DNA of 64,000 nucleotides, from the NCBI GenBank assembly GCA_043228905.1, contig JBHGNT010000018.1, positions 11,656,001-11,720,000 on the forward strand. Direction: 5' to 3'. A model generated the notes under the pieces. It was not told where the DNA came from, searched no databases, and was given only the letters and a program-made list of their open reading frames with translations. This stretch comes from Azolla caroliniana. Its lineage: Eukaryota; Plantae; Polypodiophyta. Made by a program: the position numbers and the translations under genes. Positions 11,228-23,571 of this stretch are shown piece after piece (within the stretch, counting starts at the first letter, position 1; every line of letters starts with the position of its first letter).

Positions 11228-14200
11228 TTACAACATGGTCATGTCAAGAGTTCGAATCTTGACATTATCCCCCCTCTTACGCCGCCGCCTTCCCAAATCG
11301 GCCGCTGGTTTGTGGGGATATCGGTGATGAAAATCTTGGACGACCTCTGGGGCATTTTGTAAATTTTCCGATGGTTCCCATGTGGCCTCAGACATGGGGT
11401 AACCCCTCCATAGGACGAGGTATTGCAAGTGTCGACGGTGCCAACGCGAGTCAAGGATTTGGTCGACCTCGTATTCCTCCCCTGTCGTCAATTGCACAGG
11501 TGGTGGTGGTGGGGCTTGACGTCCTGGGAGTTGTGAAGCATAATGGGGTTCGAGGAGGGAGACATGAAAAACATCGTGAATCCGGAAGTGGGATGGAAGG
11601 GCGAGCCGGAAGGCGACGGGATTGATGCACTCGATGATACGGAATGGTCCCAACTTCTTGTAGTCAAGTTTCGCACATGGACGAGTAGTAGAGATGTGTC
11701 GACGTAACAACCAGACCATGTCTCCAACGACAAAGTGTGGAGTGGAAGATCGATGGCGATCAGCCTGCTTCTTGTATCGTTCATTAGCAAGACTAAGCTC
11801 CAAGGATAAATCATGATGTACTTCTTCCAAAATGCGGGCACGATCCTCCGCCGAAGGGTTCACGGAAGTGGTAGGAAGGGAAATGTTGAAGCGAGGATGT
11901 AAACCGTAGTTGGCAAAGAAGGGAGTGACGCCAGTCGATGCATGGAGTGAATTATTGTAGGCGAATTCCGCGAGCGAAAGTAAGTTGACCCAATCATCTT
12001 GTTGGTAACTAACCGAGCACCGAAGATACTGCTCAAGGATTTGGTTGACACGCTCCGTTTGCCCGTCAGTTTGGGGGTGATAAGCGGAGGACAACTTGAC
12101 AGAGATGCCTAAAGTTTGTAGCAGGCGCTGCCAGAAGTGAGAGACAAACTGGGGTCCGCGATCCGAGATGACATCATCGGGGAGTCCATGCAAGCGTACT
12201 ACATTGTTGAGTAGGAGATGCACCATTCCTTCTCCGGAAATGGTTTTGGAGCATGGAGTGAAGTGAGCCATCTTCGTAAACCGATCGACAACGACCAACA
12301 CCGAGTCATAGCTATTGACCAAGGGTAGATCAGTTATCAGGTCCATAGAGATAGAGGCCCAAGGACGACGAGGACATGGAAGCGGCTGTAGTAAGCCGTA
12401 TGGCCGATGATGAATGGCTTTGGAGCGAGCACAAACCTCACAACTCTTTATGTATTCTTTGACCAGCTTCCATGGTTGTGGCCACCAATACCCCCGAGAG
12501 ATTAGCTCGAGGGTTTTCGCGACCCCGAAATGACCTGCAAGTGGGTCATCGTGGCATTCCTGCAACACCCGGGTGCGACATGGGCCCTCTGGGACGTATA
12601 AGAGATGATCTCGGAACAACAAACCCTCTTGTATGGTGAAGGTGTCAAGATCCTTCCTTTTGGTCGCCTTGGAGGGGTTTTGCAAACTATCTCGAATCTC
12701 GTTGGCGAACGCATCGGTCTTGGATGCATCAGTGATTTGTTGGAGTAAAGAATCATCCTGCAACATACAAGTGGCAAACAGATGCAATTGGTCGGGTTTC
12801 AACAAACGTCTAGATTGTTGAGCATAAGCAGCATCCCTAGGGCGGAGTGCAAGGTCAGCTCGGCGAGAAAGGGCATCAGCCTTCCCATGTTGGCCACCAG
12901 GTCGAAATACGATCTCAAAATCGTAGTCGGCGAGAAATGTAGACCAACGGGCCTGCCTTCGATTCAAAGTACGAGTGGTGGAAAAATAAACTAAATTTTT
13001 ATGATCAGTTACTACCTGGACACGATGTTGTGCGCCGGCCAAGTAGGGTCGCCATTCTTCAAAGGCAGCAATGATAGCAGCAAGCTCCTTGTCGTAAATG
13101 GGATAATTGATTTCAGATGCCGTAAATTTTCGGGAATAGTAAGCCACTGGGTGCATTAGGTTGTTGTCGTCTGCTTGGGATAAGATGGCGCCAATGGCAA
13201 AGTCAGAGGCATCGGTTTCGACTTGGAAGGGTTTTGTGGGGTCGGCATGTAGCAGCACCGGGGCAGTGATGAATGCGTGTTTGAGTGAGTCGAACGCATT
13301 TTGTGCCTCCGAGGTCCATAAAAATGGAGTGCCTTTATGGGTGAGAGCGATAAGAGGTTGTGCTAGGGTGGAAAACCCCTTGATGAAGCGACGGTAAAAA
13401 TTCGCGAAGCCAAGGAAGGATTGCACATCTTTAAGTCGCCTTGGAGTCGCCCACGCCTGAATGACAGAGACCTTCTTCATATCCATGGTGATGCCAGTAG
13501 ACGAGATGATGTAGCCCAGAAATTCGATCGAGGTACGATCGAACTCGCATTTCTCGCTTTTGGCATAAAGGCCATGCTCGCGAAGTTTGGCCAGAACTAA
13601 TCGGACTTGGCGAGTGTGCTCCTCCATGTTTGGCGAGAAAATGAGAATATCATCGAGGTAAATGACAACAAAAAGATCAAGATATTCTCGGAAAATATCG
13701 TTCATCATATGTTGAAAAACTGCGGGAGCGTTAGTAAGACCAAAAGGCATTACCTTGTATTCGAAATGCCCATATCGTGTTCGAAATGCGGTTTTCCATT
13801 CATCCCCCGGCTTGATGCGTACTAGATTGTACGCGCCACGCAGATCAACTTTGGAGAAGACACGCGCAACTCGGAGCCGATCAAGGAGTTCGGGGATCAG
13901 AGGTAGCGGATAGCGGTTGCGCACAGTGAGTTTGTTGAGACCTCGGTAGTCGACGCATAAGCGTAGAGAGCCGTCCTTCTTCTTCACAAATAAAATGGGG
14001 GCCCCGGCTGGTGACTTAGAAGGTTGAATAAAGCCTTTCTCGAGGTTCTCATCAAGATACACACGAAGGGCCTTCAACTCTGGTGCAGACAACGCATATA
14101 GAGGACCAAAGGGTGGACACACACCTTCTTGAAGATCAATCGGACAGTCGTAGAGTCGGTGTTCAGGCAACCGATCAGCATTACATTTTTCAAATACGTT

Positions 14201-14770
14201 GGAGAAGTGTTGGTATTTTTCGGGAATAACATGGAGTGTGTTAGAAATGGTGCCACAAACAAACCCATCCTGGACGGATGATGGGGTAGTCAATTCGGAG
14301 TCGACCGTCTCCGAAGGATAGGAAACTGAATTTACCTTCATACTTTTGCACGAGCATCTTGGCTTGCTAAATGTGATCGAGCGGTTGCACCAATCCACTA
14401 TTGGATTGTGCGCCTCCAACCACGTTAGTCCTAAGACGATCGGATGTCGAGGAGATGTGATGAGGTAAAAAGTGAGCTCCTCTTGGTGTGAGCCCACCCG
14501 AAGCCCTAATGGGATTGTAGCTTGAGTAATTGCACCTGACGAGAGGACGCACCCGTCGATGGCTTCAACTGGAATGGGTTTTGAGAGGCCAACGACAGGT
14601 GCTTGGGCAAACGCGACGTCGATGAAGCAAGAAGATGCCCCAAAATCAAGTAAAGCAACAGACTGAATGGAACTAGAGTTAAACGAAAGCCATACCTCCA
14701 ATGTGAAATTGCCTGATGGTCCGGCAATGGAACCAAGAGAATGTGGGCGAAGGGAGATGTCCAGTTGCAT
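11228..14770 (-). CDS. pol: Pol: protease-RT-RNase H-integrase-chromodomain
   Basis: 1180 aa; ALLDFGA, LRLCVDYRGLN, YLDD, ETDASDFAIG, HHCC region, ISMDLI/VISDRG/GQTERVN, GPF, chromodomain EYEVDQILDSR..YLVLWRGY..TWEP. The ORF runs into the 3' LTR. Confidence 0.96.
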   Translation of the reverse strand: MQLDISLRPHSLGSIAGPSGNFTLEVWLSFNSSSIQSVALLDFGASSCFIDVAFAQAPVVGLSKPIPVEAIDGCVLSSGAITQATIPLGLRVGSHQEELTFYLITSPRHPIVLGLTWLEAHNPIVDWCNRSITFSKPRCSCKSMKVNSVSYPSETVDSELTTPSSVQDGFVCGTISNTLHVIPEKYQHFSNVFEKCNADRLPEHRLYDCPIDLQEGVCPPFGPLYALSAPELKALRVYLDENLEKGFIQPSKSPAGAPILFVKKKDGSLRLCVDYRGLNKLTVRNRYPLPLIPELLDRLRVARVFSKVDLRGAYNLVRIKPGDEWKTAFRTRYGHFEYKVMPFGLTNAPAVFQHMMNDIFREYLDLFVVIYLDDILIFSPNMEEHTRQVRLVLAKLREHGLYAKSEKCEFDRTSIEFLGYIISSTGITMDMKKVSVIQAWATPRRLKDVQSFLGFANFYRRFIKGFSTLAQPLIALTHKGTPFLWTSEAQNAFDSLKHAFITAPVLLHADPTKPFQVETDASDFAIGAILSQADDNNLMHPVAYYSRKFTASEINYPIYDKELAAIIAAFEEWRPYLAGAQHRVQVVTDHKNLVYFSTTRTLNRRQARWSTFLADYDFEIVFRPGGQHGKADALSRRADLALRPRDAAYAQQSRRLLKPDQLHLFATCMLQDDSLLQQITDASKTDAFANEIRDSLQNPSKATKRKDLDTFTIQEGLLFRDHLLYVPEGPCRTRVLQECHDDPLAGHFGVAKTLELISRGYWWPQPWKLVKEYIKSCEVCARSKAIHHRPYGLLQPLPCPRRPWASISMDLITDLPLVNSYDSVLVVVDRFTKMAHFTPCSKTISGEGMVHLLLNNVVRLHGLPDDVISDRGPQFVSHFWQRLLQTLGISVKLSSAYHPQTDGQTERVNQILEQYLRCSVSYQQDDWVNLLSLAEFAYNNSLHASTGVTPFFANYGLHPRFNISLPTTSVNPSAEDRARILEEVHHDLSLELSLANERYKKQADRHRSSTPHFVVGDMVWLLRRHISTTRPCAKLDYKKLGPFRIIECINPVAFRLALPSHFRIHDVFHVSLLEPHYASQLPGRQAPPPPPVQLTTGEEYEVDQILDSRWHRRHLQYLVLWRGYPMSEATWEPSENLQNAPEVVQDFHHRYPHKPAADLGRRRRKRGDNVKIRTLDMTML

Positions 14771-14803
14771 GGCTCCTACTGCAACCGAACGATGTCGTTT
14801 TCC
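14759..14803 (-). promoter_or_regulatory. Putative -1 ribosomal frameshift signal (gag/pol)
   Basis: G GAA AAC (14797-14803), 6-nt spacer, 11-bp stem GTTCGGTTGCA/TGCAACTGGAC. The -1 frame is open into pol. Confidence 0.7.
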
Positions 14804-15792
14804 GGATGTTGGGGTCCGTTAGCTCTATGGAATTGTGGGCGAGTACTCCTAGGACAATGGCGAACGACATGACCGGAGGCGCCACAATACATGCACAAGC
14901 CATTAGCCCGCCGAAATTGTCGGTCAACATCAGTAAATGGTCGAAATCGGGCTTGATCAATTTCCATGGGGACAGGAGCATCTGCCGAAGTAGGCGAGTG
15001 TGAGGATGCTTGGGTTTGTATGACCGGGGCGTGGCGTGGAAGTGAATGAGGTGGGAACCAAGTCCGGCGCTCTTCTTGGCGAAATTCGAAAAGACGATTG
15101 TCACAATGGACTGCTTGTGAAATCGCTTGGGATAACGAGGTAGGCTCCGGAAAGTTTAAGAGAAGATTCTTGACATTGCTTCGAAGACCGCGCCGAAAGT
15201 GATCAGCTAAAGCTTGATCATCCCAATTGACGTCGCATGCTAGTTGTCGAAATTTGGAAGCATAGACCGAAGCTGCACGTGAACCTTGTTCGAGTGCATA
15301 AATCTTGTTAAGAGCTGTACGTCGTCGGTCCGTCTCTCCAAATGTGGCCTCTAACTCGGCGAGGAAGGCGGGAAAGTCCTCCAATAAAGGTGATGAGGTT
15401 TCTACCAATGGTGCAAACCAAGCTTGGGCCGGACCGGAGAGAAGGGTGCCCACAAGGCCGACTTGTCGAAGACCATCTCCATAACGTTGAGGTTGTAGCC
15501 GAATGATAAGTCGAACTTGGTTGATGAACCCTTGGAAACGCGACCTCGTTCCATCAAATTTTTCTGGGAGGCTAACCTTAGGCTCAAGAAACTGTGACGA
15601 AGCTAGGCTAGATGTTGGTAGAAGATCGGGCTCTAGGCTAGGTTGTTGTGGGAGACTAGGGTTCGGGGGTTGTGAGGATAGGGAGGTACCGACTTGAAGT
15701 TCTTGTAAAGAATTTCGAAGAGCTTCATTTTCAAGCTGTAGTTGTCGTAAGGCTACCATTATTTGGCCTAACTCACTAGTTGAGTCGGACAT
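14776..15792 (-). CDS. gag: Gag (capsid plus CCHC zinc knuckle)
   Basis: 338 aa; PEKFDGTRSRFQGF, LLSGPAQAWF, QGSRAASVYASKF, VPMEID, CMYCGASGHVVRHC. Confidence 0.95.
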   Translation of the reverse strand: MSDSTSELGQIMVALRQLQLENEALRNSLQELQVGTSLSSQPPNPSLPQQPSLEPDLLPTSSLASSQFLEPKVSLPEKFDGTRSRFQGFINQVRLIIRLQPQRYGDGLRQVGLVGTLLSGPAQAWFAPLVETSSPLLEDFPAFLAELEATFGETDRRRTALNKIYALEQGSRAASVYASKFRQLACDVNWDDQALADHFRRGLRSNVKNLLLNFPEPTSLSQAISQAVHCDNRLFEFRQEERRTWFPPHSLPRHAPVIQTQASSHSPTSADAPVPMEIDQARFRPFTDVDRQFRRANGLCMYCGASGHVVRHCPRSTRPQFHRANGPQHPENDIVRLQ

Positions 15793-15829
15793 AGCTATGG
15801 CTTATGAGAGGGAGAGCTATGAGGATGGG

Positions 15830-15840
15830 AAGGTGAACAA
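15830..15840 (-). promoter_or_regulatory. Self-priming PBS (TTGTTCACCTT)
   Basis: There is no TGG tRNA site. The 11 nt are complementary to AAGGTGAACAA in the LTR (15935-15945), about 32 nt downstream of the start of TATAAATA (15970-15977). Confidence 0.8.
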
Positions 15841-16195
15841 ACTGTCACGGATCATAAACTCAAGAGACAACGAAGAAGATAACCAAATGGACAAGAAAGA
15901 AGATAGTACTAAAGGAAAGACTCCATAACTGGTGTTGTTCACCTTGAATTCCTTCAAGGTGAACTCCTCTATTTATACTACATGGCATGCATACTTGTTG
16001 CACGCATGTGAATCTACAATAGAGCATGTAGGTATGCATGCATGTGCCAAGTGTAAATACTACAAGGGAGCAACTATGCACATGATGCTAGCAAAATAAT
16101 AAGGAACAATTACATACATAACTAGTACTAGATATCTTGGTTAACTCATAATAGTAGATTACAACATGGTCATGTCAAGAGTTCGAATCTTGACA

Positions 16196-19100
16196 GTTTG
16201 CCTTTTGTTTGCAAACTTCAAGCTTCTCCCTTGAAAAAATTTTAGTCATCATGTCAGAGCCATTCTCATTGGTATGTATCTTCTCAATGTGCATTTTCTT
16301 TCCTTCAAGCACATCTCTAATCCAATGGTATCTAACATCAATGTGCTTTGACTTAGAGTGAAAGGAAGAATTCTTGCTTAAGTGGATAACACTTTGGCTA
16401 TCACAATACAAAATGTACCGTTCTTGGGCCAGCCCCAACTCTTGTAGGAATTTCTTTAGCCATAACAATTCCTTACTAGCTTCTGTGGCAGTAATATACT
16501 CAGCCTCCGTTGTGGATAATGCCACACATTTTTGCAATCTCGATTGTCAAGAGACCGCTCCCCCTGCAAAGATCATTAGGTAACCAGATGTAGACTTTCT
16601 GGACTCAACATCACCAGCCATATTGGCATCTATATATCCATCTAATATAGTTTGGTTCTCACCAAATTTTAGACAGACTCTTGAGGTACCCCTCAGATAT
16701 CGCAGGATCCATTTCACTGCTTCCCAATGATCTTTTCCAGGGTTCGATAGAAAACGGCTCACTACACCAACTGCGTGAGCAATGTCCGGCCTCGTGCATA
16801 CCATATCATACATTAAACTACCGACTACAAAGGCATATGGTATTTGCTTCATTCCCTCTTGCTCTTCATCACTCGTAGGGCATTGAGCTGAGCTAAATTT
16901 AAAGTGGCCCGCGAGTGGAGTGTTGACCGGCTTACTCTTAGCCATGTTGAATCTCTCAAGTACCTTCTCAATGTACTTTTCTTGAGACAACCAAAGTCTT
17001 TTGCTTGCCATGTCCCTGGTTATCTTCATCCCAAGGATTTGCTTGGCTGGTCCCAAGTCTTTCATAGCAAAAGATTTGTTGAGTTCCTTTTTCAGCTTCT
17101 CAATCTTGTTGGTGTCTTGACCAATGATCAACATATCATCAATATACAAGAGCAAAATGACAAAATCCCCATTTGGGAATTTCTTAACAAACACACAATG
17201 GTCTATGTTTGTTCTATTATACCCATGGTTCAACATAAAGGAGTCAAACTTTTTGTACCAAAGTCTAGGAGCTTGTTTTAGGCTGTACAAGCTCTTCTTT
17301 AACTTGCATACCAGGTTTTCCTTACCTTTGACTCCAAACCCTTCGGGTTGATCCATGTAAATCTCTTCTTCCAAATCGCCATGGAGGAAGGCGGTTTTTA
17401 CATCAAGTTGCTCGATTTCTAGATTGAGACTGGTTACGATCCCAAGTACAACTCTGATCAAGGACATCTTCACCACTGGTGAGAAAATCTCCTCGAAATC
17501 AATTCCCTTTTTTTGGTTGAACCCCTTCACAACCAATCTTGCCTTGTATCTTGGCTGTGAGCAATGTTCCTCAGTCTTGAGCTTGTAAACCCATTTGTTT
17601 TTCAGCGCTATCTTGCCCTTAGGCAGCTTTACAAGATCATAAGTGTGATTGTCATGCAAAGACTTCATCTCATCATGCATGGCGTCAGGCCATTCCTCCT
17701 TATGATCATTTGCCATAGCTTCTCTAAAGCTTTTTGGATCTCCTCCATCTGAAAGCATCACATATTCATATGGGTTGTATCTAGTAGAAGGTCTTCTTTG
17801 TCTCATAAACCTTCTAACCTCTTCCTCTTCTGGAGGAGCTGCTAAAATGTCACCTAGAGTATGATGGTCATGATTCTGCCCATCATCATCGTCGGCTGCA
17901 TCATTAGCCGTATCATCATACTCCTCGATATCTCCCCCATGACCCTGTGTGTCTGTGGCAGGCATTGGGTGTTCGGTGACTGAAAAATCAGGGGTGAGAT
18001 TTGGCATTTCATTCGGCTTCGGATCTTGTAAGGTCTGATCCTCAAGGAATACCACATCCCTGCTTCTAATGACCTTCTTCTCTACTAGGTCATAAAATCT
18101 ATAGCCGAATTCCTCATGGACGTATCCCAAAAATATGCATGGTTTGCATTTGTCATCAAGCTTGGATCTTTCATCTTTTGGGATGTGGACATAAGCCTTG
18201 CAACCAAACACTCTTAAGTGTTTGTATGTCACCTCCTTACCTGTCCAAACCCTCTCGAGTACATCACCATCCAATGGGATTGATGGGGACAGGTTTATGA
18301 GGTCAACGATAGTCCTCATTGCTTCACCCCCAAAAAGATTTCGGTAATTTTGAGTGGGATAACATGCATCTTATCCGTTCACAAATTGTCCTATTCATCC
18401 TCTCAGCCACGCCATTCTGCTGAGGTGTTTTCGGGACACTTCTCTCTAGCCTAATACTATGCTCACGACAATATTCCTCAAATCGTCCCTGATATTCACC
18501 GCCGTTATCAGAACGGATACATTTAAGCTTTCTTCCTATTTCTCTTTCCACACTTACATGAAAGTTCCTAAAGATTTCAAACTCTTGATCTTTAGTCTTT
18601 AATGCAAAACATCACAACTTCCTCGAGAAGTCATCGATAAACGTGGCAAAGTACAATGCTCCCCCAAGAGTTCTATCTTTCATATAGCACAAGTCCGTGT
18701 GCACCAATTCCAATGGCTGAAAATTTTCTTTTGGGGGGCGGGTGCTGAAAGGCAACTATGTGTTGTTTACCGGCCAAGCAATCAACACAAGTTTCTAAGT
18801 GCATACCTCTTATCTCAGGTAGGATGTTCTTTCTAGCTAGCACCTCGAGTCCTTTTTGACTCATGTGCCCAAGTCTCTTGTGCCACAATTCAATAGGTAC
18901 TTCCTTATCAGTGACATTCACCTCTCCACTGGACACCATAACATGCATTACATAAAGGGAATTCTCTTTTAGGCATCTTGCTAATACTACCGAGCCTTTG
19001 ATGAGCTTCCATTTTCCTTCACCGAAGGAATTTATGTAACCCTCATCATCAAGCTTACCGGCTGAAATAATATTCAACCGAATGTCCGTTACATGCCTAA

Positions 19101-20172
19101 CATCATTTAATACTAGTTTGCAATCCGTGTTCGTGGTTAGAATTATATTTCCTATGCCAACAACCTCTCTTATGCCGTGGTTAGCCATTTTGACTTTGCC
19201 AAAGTCACCACCGGCATATGATGAGAACATCTCTCGGTATGGAGTGATGTGATACGAGGCTCCCGAGTCAATAATCCAGTCAATTTGTTGGCATGCTAAG
19301 CTAACACACGCGTCATCACAAGCAACGACAATGTCACCATCACAAGTGGTTGTAGTGAGGTCATTGCTCTTATTATCGGTGGTTCCTTTCTTTTGGTCTT
19401 TCTTTTTCTTCTAACAATCTCTGTCATAATGGTTTGGACCACCACAATAACGACATGAAAAATATTTCTTGAAGTCTTTTCTACTTCAAGACTTTGACCT
19501 CCCCTTAGAATTATTTCTATGATTTTGTAGACCCCCAACATGGTTTCTTCCTCTAGAGGAGTTGTTTTCTATGACTAAGGCTTTATGGTCAAAGTTGGAG
19601 TCTTGCTCCTTTCGTCGTGCTTCTTCATGTAGAAGATTCGACTTAAGCATGTCCAATGTTAGGTCCTTTTGTTGCGTTGCAGTCCCAAGCGTCACAACAA
19701 GGGTTTCCCAACTATCTGGGAGAGAGTCTAACAATAACAAGGTCAACACCAATATTGCTAGAGGTATATCTAGAGAGACAGTTTGACTTATAAGTCCTCG
19801 AAACGTATTAAGATGCTCTGCCATACTAGAGCCATCTTGATACCTAAGTCTTACAAGTTTCCTAAACACGGAGACTCTATTCAAAGCATTTTTGGTCTGA
19901 AACATACTCTCAATTTTTCTCCATAACTCGTGTGCTTTGGTTTCATCACAGAAATTGTTATATAGACTCATGTCTATAAAACATCGGATGTATGCAAATG
20001 TTGTTAGATGCATGGCATCCCAGGTTAATGTATCTATGTTCTCGGGTTTGCTCGTACCATGTAGTACGGGCAACCACATGTCCTTCCATACCAACATGTC
20101 CCTCATTTTGGACTTCCAAATGGGGTAGTTGGATCCCGTCAGTTTAATCATCCCGCCTAATGATTCATCCAT
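16196..20172 (-). pseudogene. Copia C gag-pol (frameshifted)
   Basis: gag 19486-20172, PR/pre-IN 18673-19290, IN 18324-18660, IN-RT 16547-18319 (LLYIDD), RNase H 16196-16537 (SKHIDVRYHWIRD). Confidence 0.92.
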
Positions 20173-21522
20173 ATTCCAAGTCTTTGCGGAGGTATGAACC
20201 TCGCATTGATACCACTTGTTGGGAATATGGAGCGGAATCGGGATGATTAAAATTTCAAACACAATTCACACTTGATAAACAATAGATGAAACCACAAGAA
20301 GAAATGAGAGAGTACACCGAGATTTAACGTGGAAAACCCAAAATTGGGAAAAACCACGGGAACCTTAGGTTACGAAAAAAATTCACTATTTTCTGAGTAT
20401 ACAAGGTGTTGACAACCTCTAAAGCTTACTCTAGAGATATACACATATATTTCAAGGCTACCGCCTTGGATACAATATTCACCCTACCAGATAGGATAAA
20501 CAATAGGAAAATAACCAAAAACACAGAACAAATAAACCTGTTACAATTGGATAGAAGAGTTGTTGTGACTCTTTTGGGTAGTCCAGACAACACCTCGCTA
20601 GATCTCCGTCTTTACACTTGCAACGAGTTCTTGCTCTCGATCACCCTGTTCTCGAGCTCTCACACTTGTTTCTGTTTTCTTGCAGAAGCTTTGTTGTGTT
20701 TTTCTCACATACCTCTTCTTCTCGAATCTCTGTTTTTCCAGCCTTAGTTCTGTTCACTCATGTGCAGTTTTTCTTTGTAACGTGCTCTGTTTTCTCTGTC
20801 TTTCTCTCAGTTTTTCACTCTCAGTTTTCTCTTAGAAAATCTGTTTTCACTCTCTGTTTTCTCTTAGAAAATCTGTTTTCACTCTCTGTTTTCTCTTAGA
20901 AAATTAGGTCACGATGTCTCTCTTTTTCTTTCATTTTTCTGTTTTTCAGCTTTTGTCTTCTTTTAGTCCAACGTCTATATCAGTGTTCACACACACACCC
21001 AAAAAACACATACAAAAAAAGAAAAAGGCATACATATATATATATAAATAAATATAAATACAAGTAATTATAACTTGCCTTAAGCCTATTCGGCGTTCAA
21101 CCGACTCAATGTTGTGGGCTCCACTTGAGTGGACAAGCCCCAACAGATGGAAATGATGATGGTGTTGAGAATCATTGTGGGGTGGGGGCTAGTGCCTAGA
21201 ATGGCTCCATCCCCCTCCCAAGGGGTTCAACGTGAGAGAGGCAGAGAGAAGAGAAAAGGTGTCAAAGAGAGATATTAAGAGAGATTGTATTCATGTTTCA
21301 TTCATTCCCCATAATGGGGTTAAATAGTTATAAAAGGGGTAGAGACATAGGGGTGCAAGTCCCCTTGGCCATTCATACTAATCACTCACTCACACCTCTT
21401 CTTATCTATCCGCTCACACTTATATTCACACTCATAATCGTATACATTACACACACATACAACAACATTAAGTTTCTTCACCCTCAACTCTTCATACATC
21501 TCGTACATCTCGTATGGTAACA

Positions 21523-23571
21523 CATCTCGTACACCTTCGTAAATATTATAGGATGGGGTTTGCACTGTTGAAATCAGACTCTTCATTCCTCATTCGGTAG
21601 AGTGGAACCAGAACGATAAACATTTTGCTATATGTCGATGATTTAGTCATCGTTGATGCCGACCTAGAAAGAATTGGCCGAGTCAAGTCCCAACTTGCGG
21701 CATCATTTGACATGACGGATCTGGGGAACCTTCATTAATTCCTCAAGATCGAAGTGATCCGCACCCTAGAAGCCATACTAATCAGCCAAAAGCATTATGT
21801 GCTGAGTATGCTCTTCAAGTTCTGGATGATGGATTGTAAATCTGTCGCAACTCCTTTGGATAGGAAATGTGAAGCTTCGTCTCGTATCGGGACCATCCAG
21901 TGACCCAACATGATTCCGATAGATTGTTAGAAGCCTAATATACTTGACCATCACCCGTCCGAACCTCAACTATCCAGTCAGACTGATCAATTAGTTTATG
22001 TCGCAGCCAAACACTGAACACCTTCAGTGCGCACAAAGGATTTTGTGATTTGTCAGCGGCATTAAGGATAGGGCATTACTGTATCGAGCTGGGGTGGCCG
22101 AAGAGTTGGATGGCTACACATGTTGATTGGGTTGGAAATGCTAGTGATTGCAGGTCTACATCAAGGTTTGCATTTTCACTTGGAAGCGTCGCGATCGTAT
22201 GGAGTAGCCGACAGTTGCACTGTTGAGCACCAAGGCCAAATACCGAGGAAAGGCTTTCGCAACATGTGAAGCCATTTGGCTCAAGACGCCGATGAAGGAT
22301 CTGCATGTGGAGGTGTTTGAACAAAAAATTATATACTAGGACAACCTCAACAACATCCAACTTGTGAAAAACCCTGTCTTTCACGCCCAGATAAAGCACA
22401 TCGAGCTGCACTATCATTTTGTTTGTGAGCATGTTCTCTCCGATGAAGCGGAACTTGTGTATGTTCCAACCAATCGACAAGTTGCCGATATCTTCACTAA
22501 ACCTCTCGGCTTGGACAAGTTGTGGCAATTTTCGAGTATGCTTGGGTTACAACACCTCGACATACCGAACTTGGGGGGGAGAAGTCGGGAAAGTGAGAAC
22601 GAGAAGAAGAGAGATGAAGTCCAGAGAGCCGAATCAGACGTGGAATTCGATTTCGGGACGACTGATGAAGCCAAGGACGGATGTAGGGAAAGCAGCTGAA
22701 ATAGTGAATCTGAGTCAGAGCCAACCGAACAAGTGGGAGGTAGAGCCGAAAAAGGCAAGACAGGTGGCAGAGCCAACCGAAACAAAAAGGCCAAGATCAA
22801 GACATGGTCAAGGACATGCAAGAAGACGAATTGGATACAACCGATCCGGTCTAAGGAAGTGATTAGGGAATGCCAAGTTGTATGAAGGTCAAGCAAATGA
22901 GAGGGCAGTCGAAGCTGATATCGATACGGAAGAGCCGGCGGGTCGAGGGGTGCCAATGCCTCAACAATGAGCGAACTGAGAAGGGCGTGAAGAGCAGATG
23001 TACCGACTATAGAGGTCTTGGAGCATTGAACCAAATGGGTGGTGAGATGCGGGACCAGACGAGAGAAGGAGCTTGAGCTAGGCATGAGGACATCAAGAGG
23101 AGTTGGATGCAGGGACTGGCTAAAGCTGACACAAGGAGTCGACCTTCAGTTGAGCTTGAGGGGAAGTGTTGAGCGAGCAAGCTCAACATGGGCCGGACCG
23201 GCTGCATAACCCGGGTCAAACCGAGATCGATCGGTTGGCTAGGCCCACTTAAGCTGATAAGCCAAAGCTCTTGAACGGATGCCAGATCCGGATGATGTCT
23301 TGCATGTCGGATCCGATGATGAATCGGGACTGGATGAAAAAGCGGTTATGGAAGCCGATCCGGAATGTCATACATTCCGATTAGAGCTATTCTAGGAAAT
23401 AGGCCTAATATAGGCAGTTAGTGTCAGAGGCTCTTTTAAGAACATTGAAGTCCTTGTAAGTACTTCTGTCAGCCCTTTGAGAACTTGTATAAATAGTGCT
23501 CACTAAGCACATTGTATGTAAGGAGTATTGAGCATTTTGTATTAGAGGTTGTGTTGTCTACTACACTCAGC

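Larger units (their letters stand above)
10912..16195 (-). mobile_element. Young Ty3/Gypsy chromovirus (Tcn1/Tf1-sushi-like), full length
   Basis: 353-bp LTRs 10912-11264 and 15843-16195 (TGTCA..TGACA, no difference seen), TSD GTTTG, PPT AAGAGGGGGGATAA at 11265-11278, open gag and pol. Confidence 0.97.
9982..21145 (-). mobile_element. Ty1/Copia element C (Tnt1/Tork-like), full length, degenerate
   Basis: LTRs 9982-10869 and 20217-21145, TSD GATGG on both sides, degenerate iMet PBS 20203-20214, PPT AGGGGGAGAAT at 10870-10880. Confidence 0.95.
8397..21522 (-). mobile_element. Non-autonomous LTR element X1 (LARD/TRIM-like), interrupted by B1 and Copia C
   Basis: LTR remnant 8397-8473, non-coding internal part 8474-9898, second LTR split into 9899-9981 and 21146-21522. 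The ends are homologous to intact X2 (57808-60702). Strand is inferred from LTR motifs. Confidence 0.8.
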
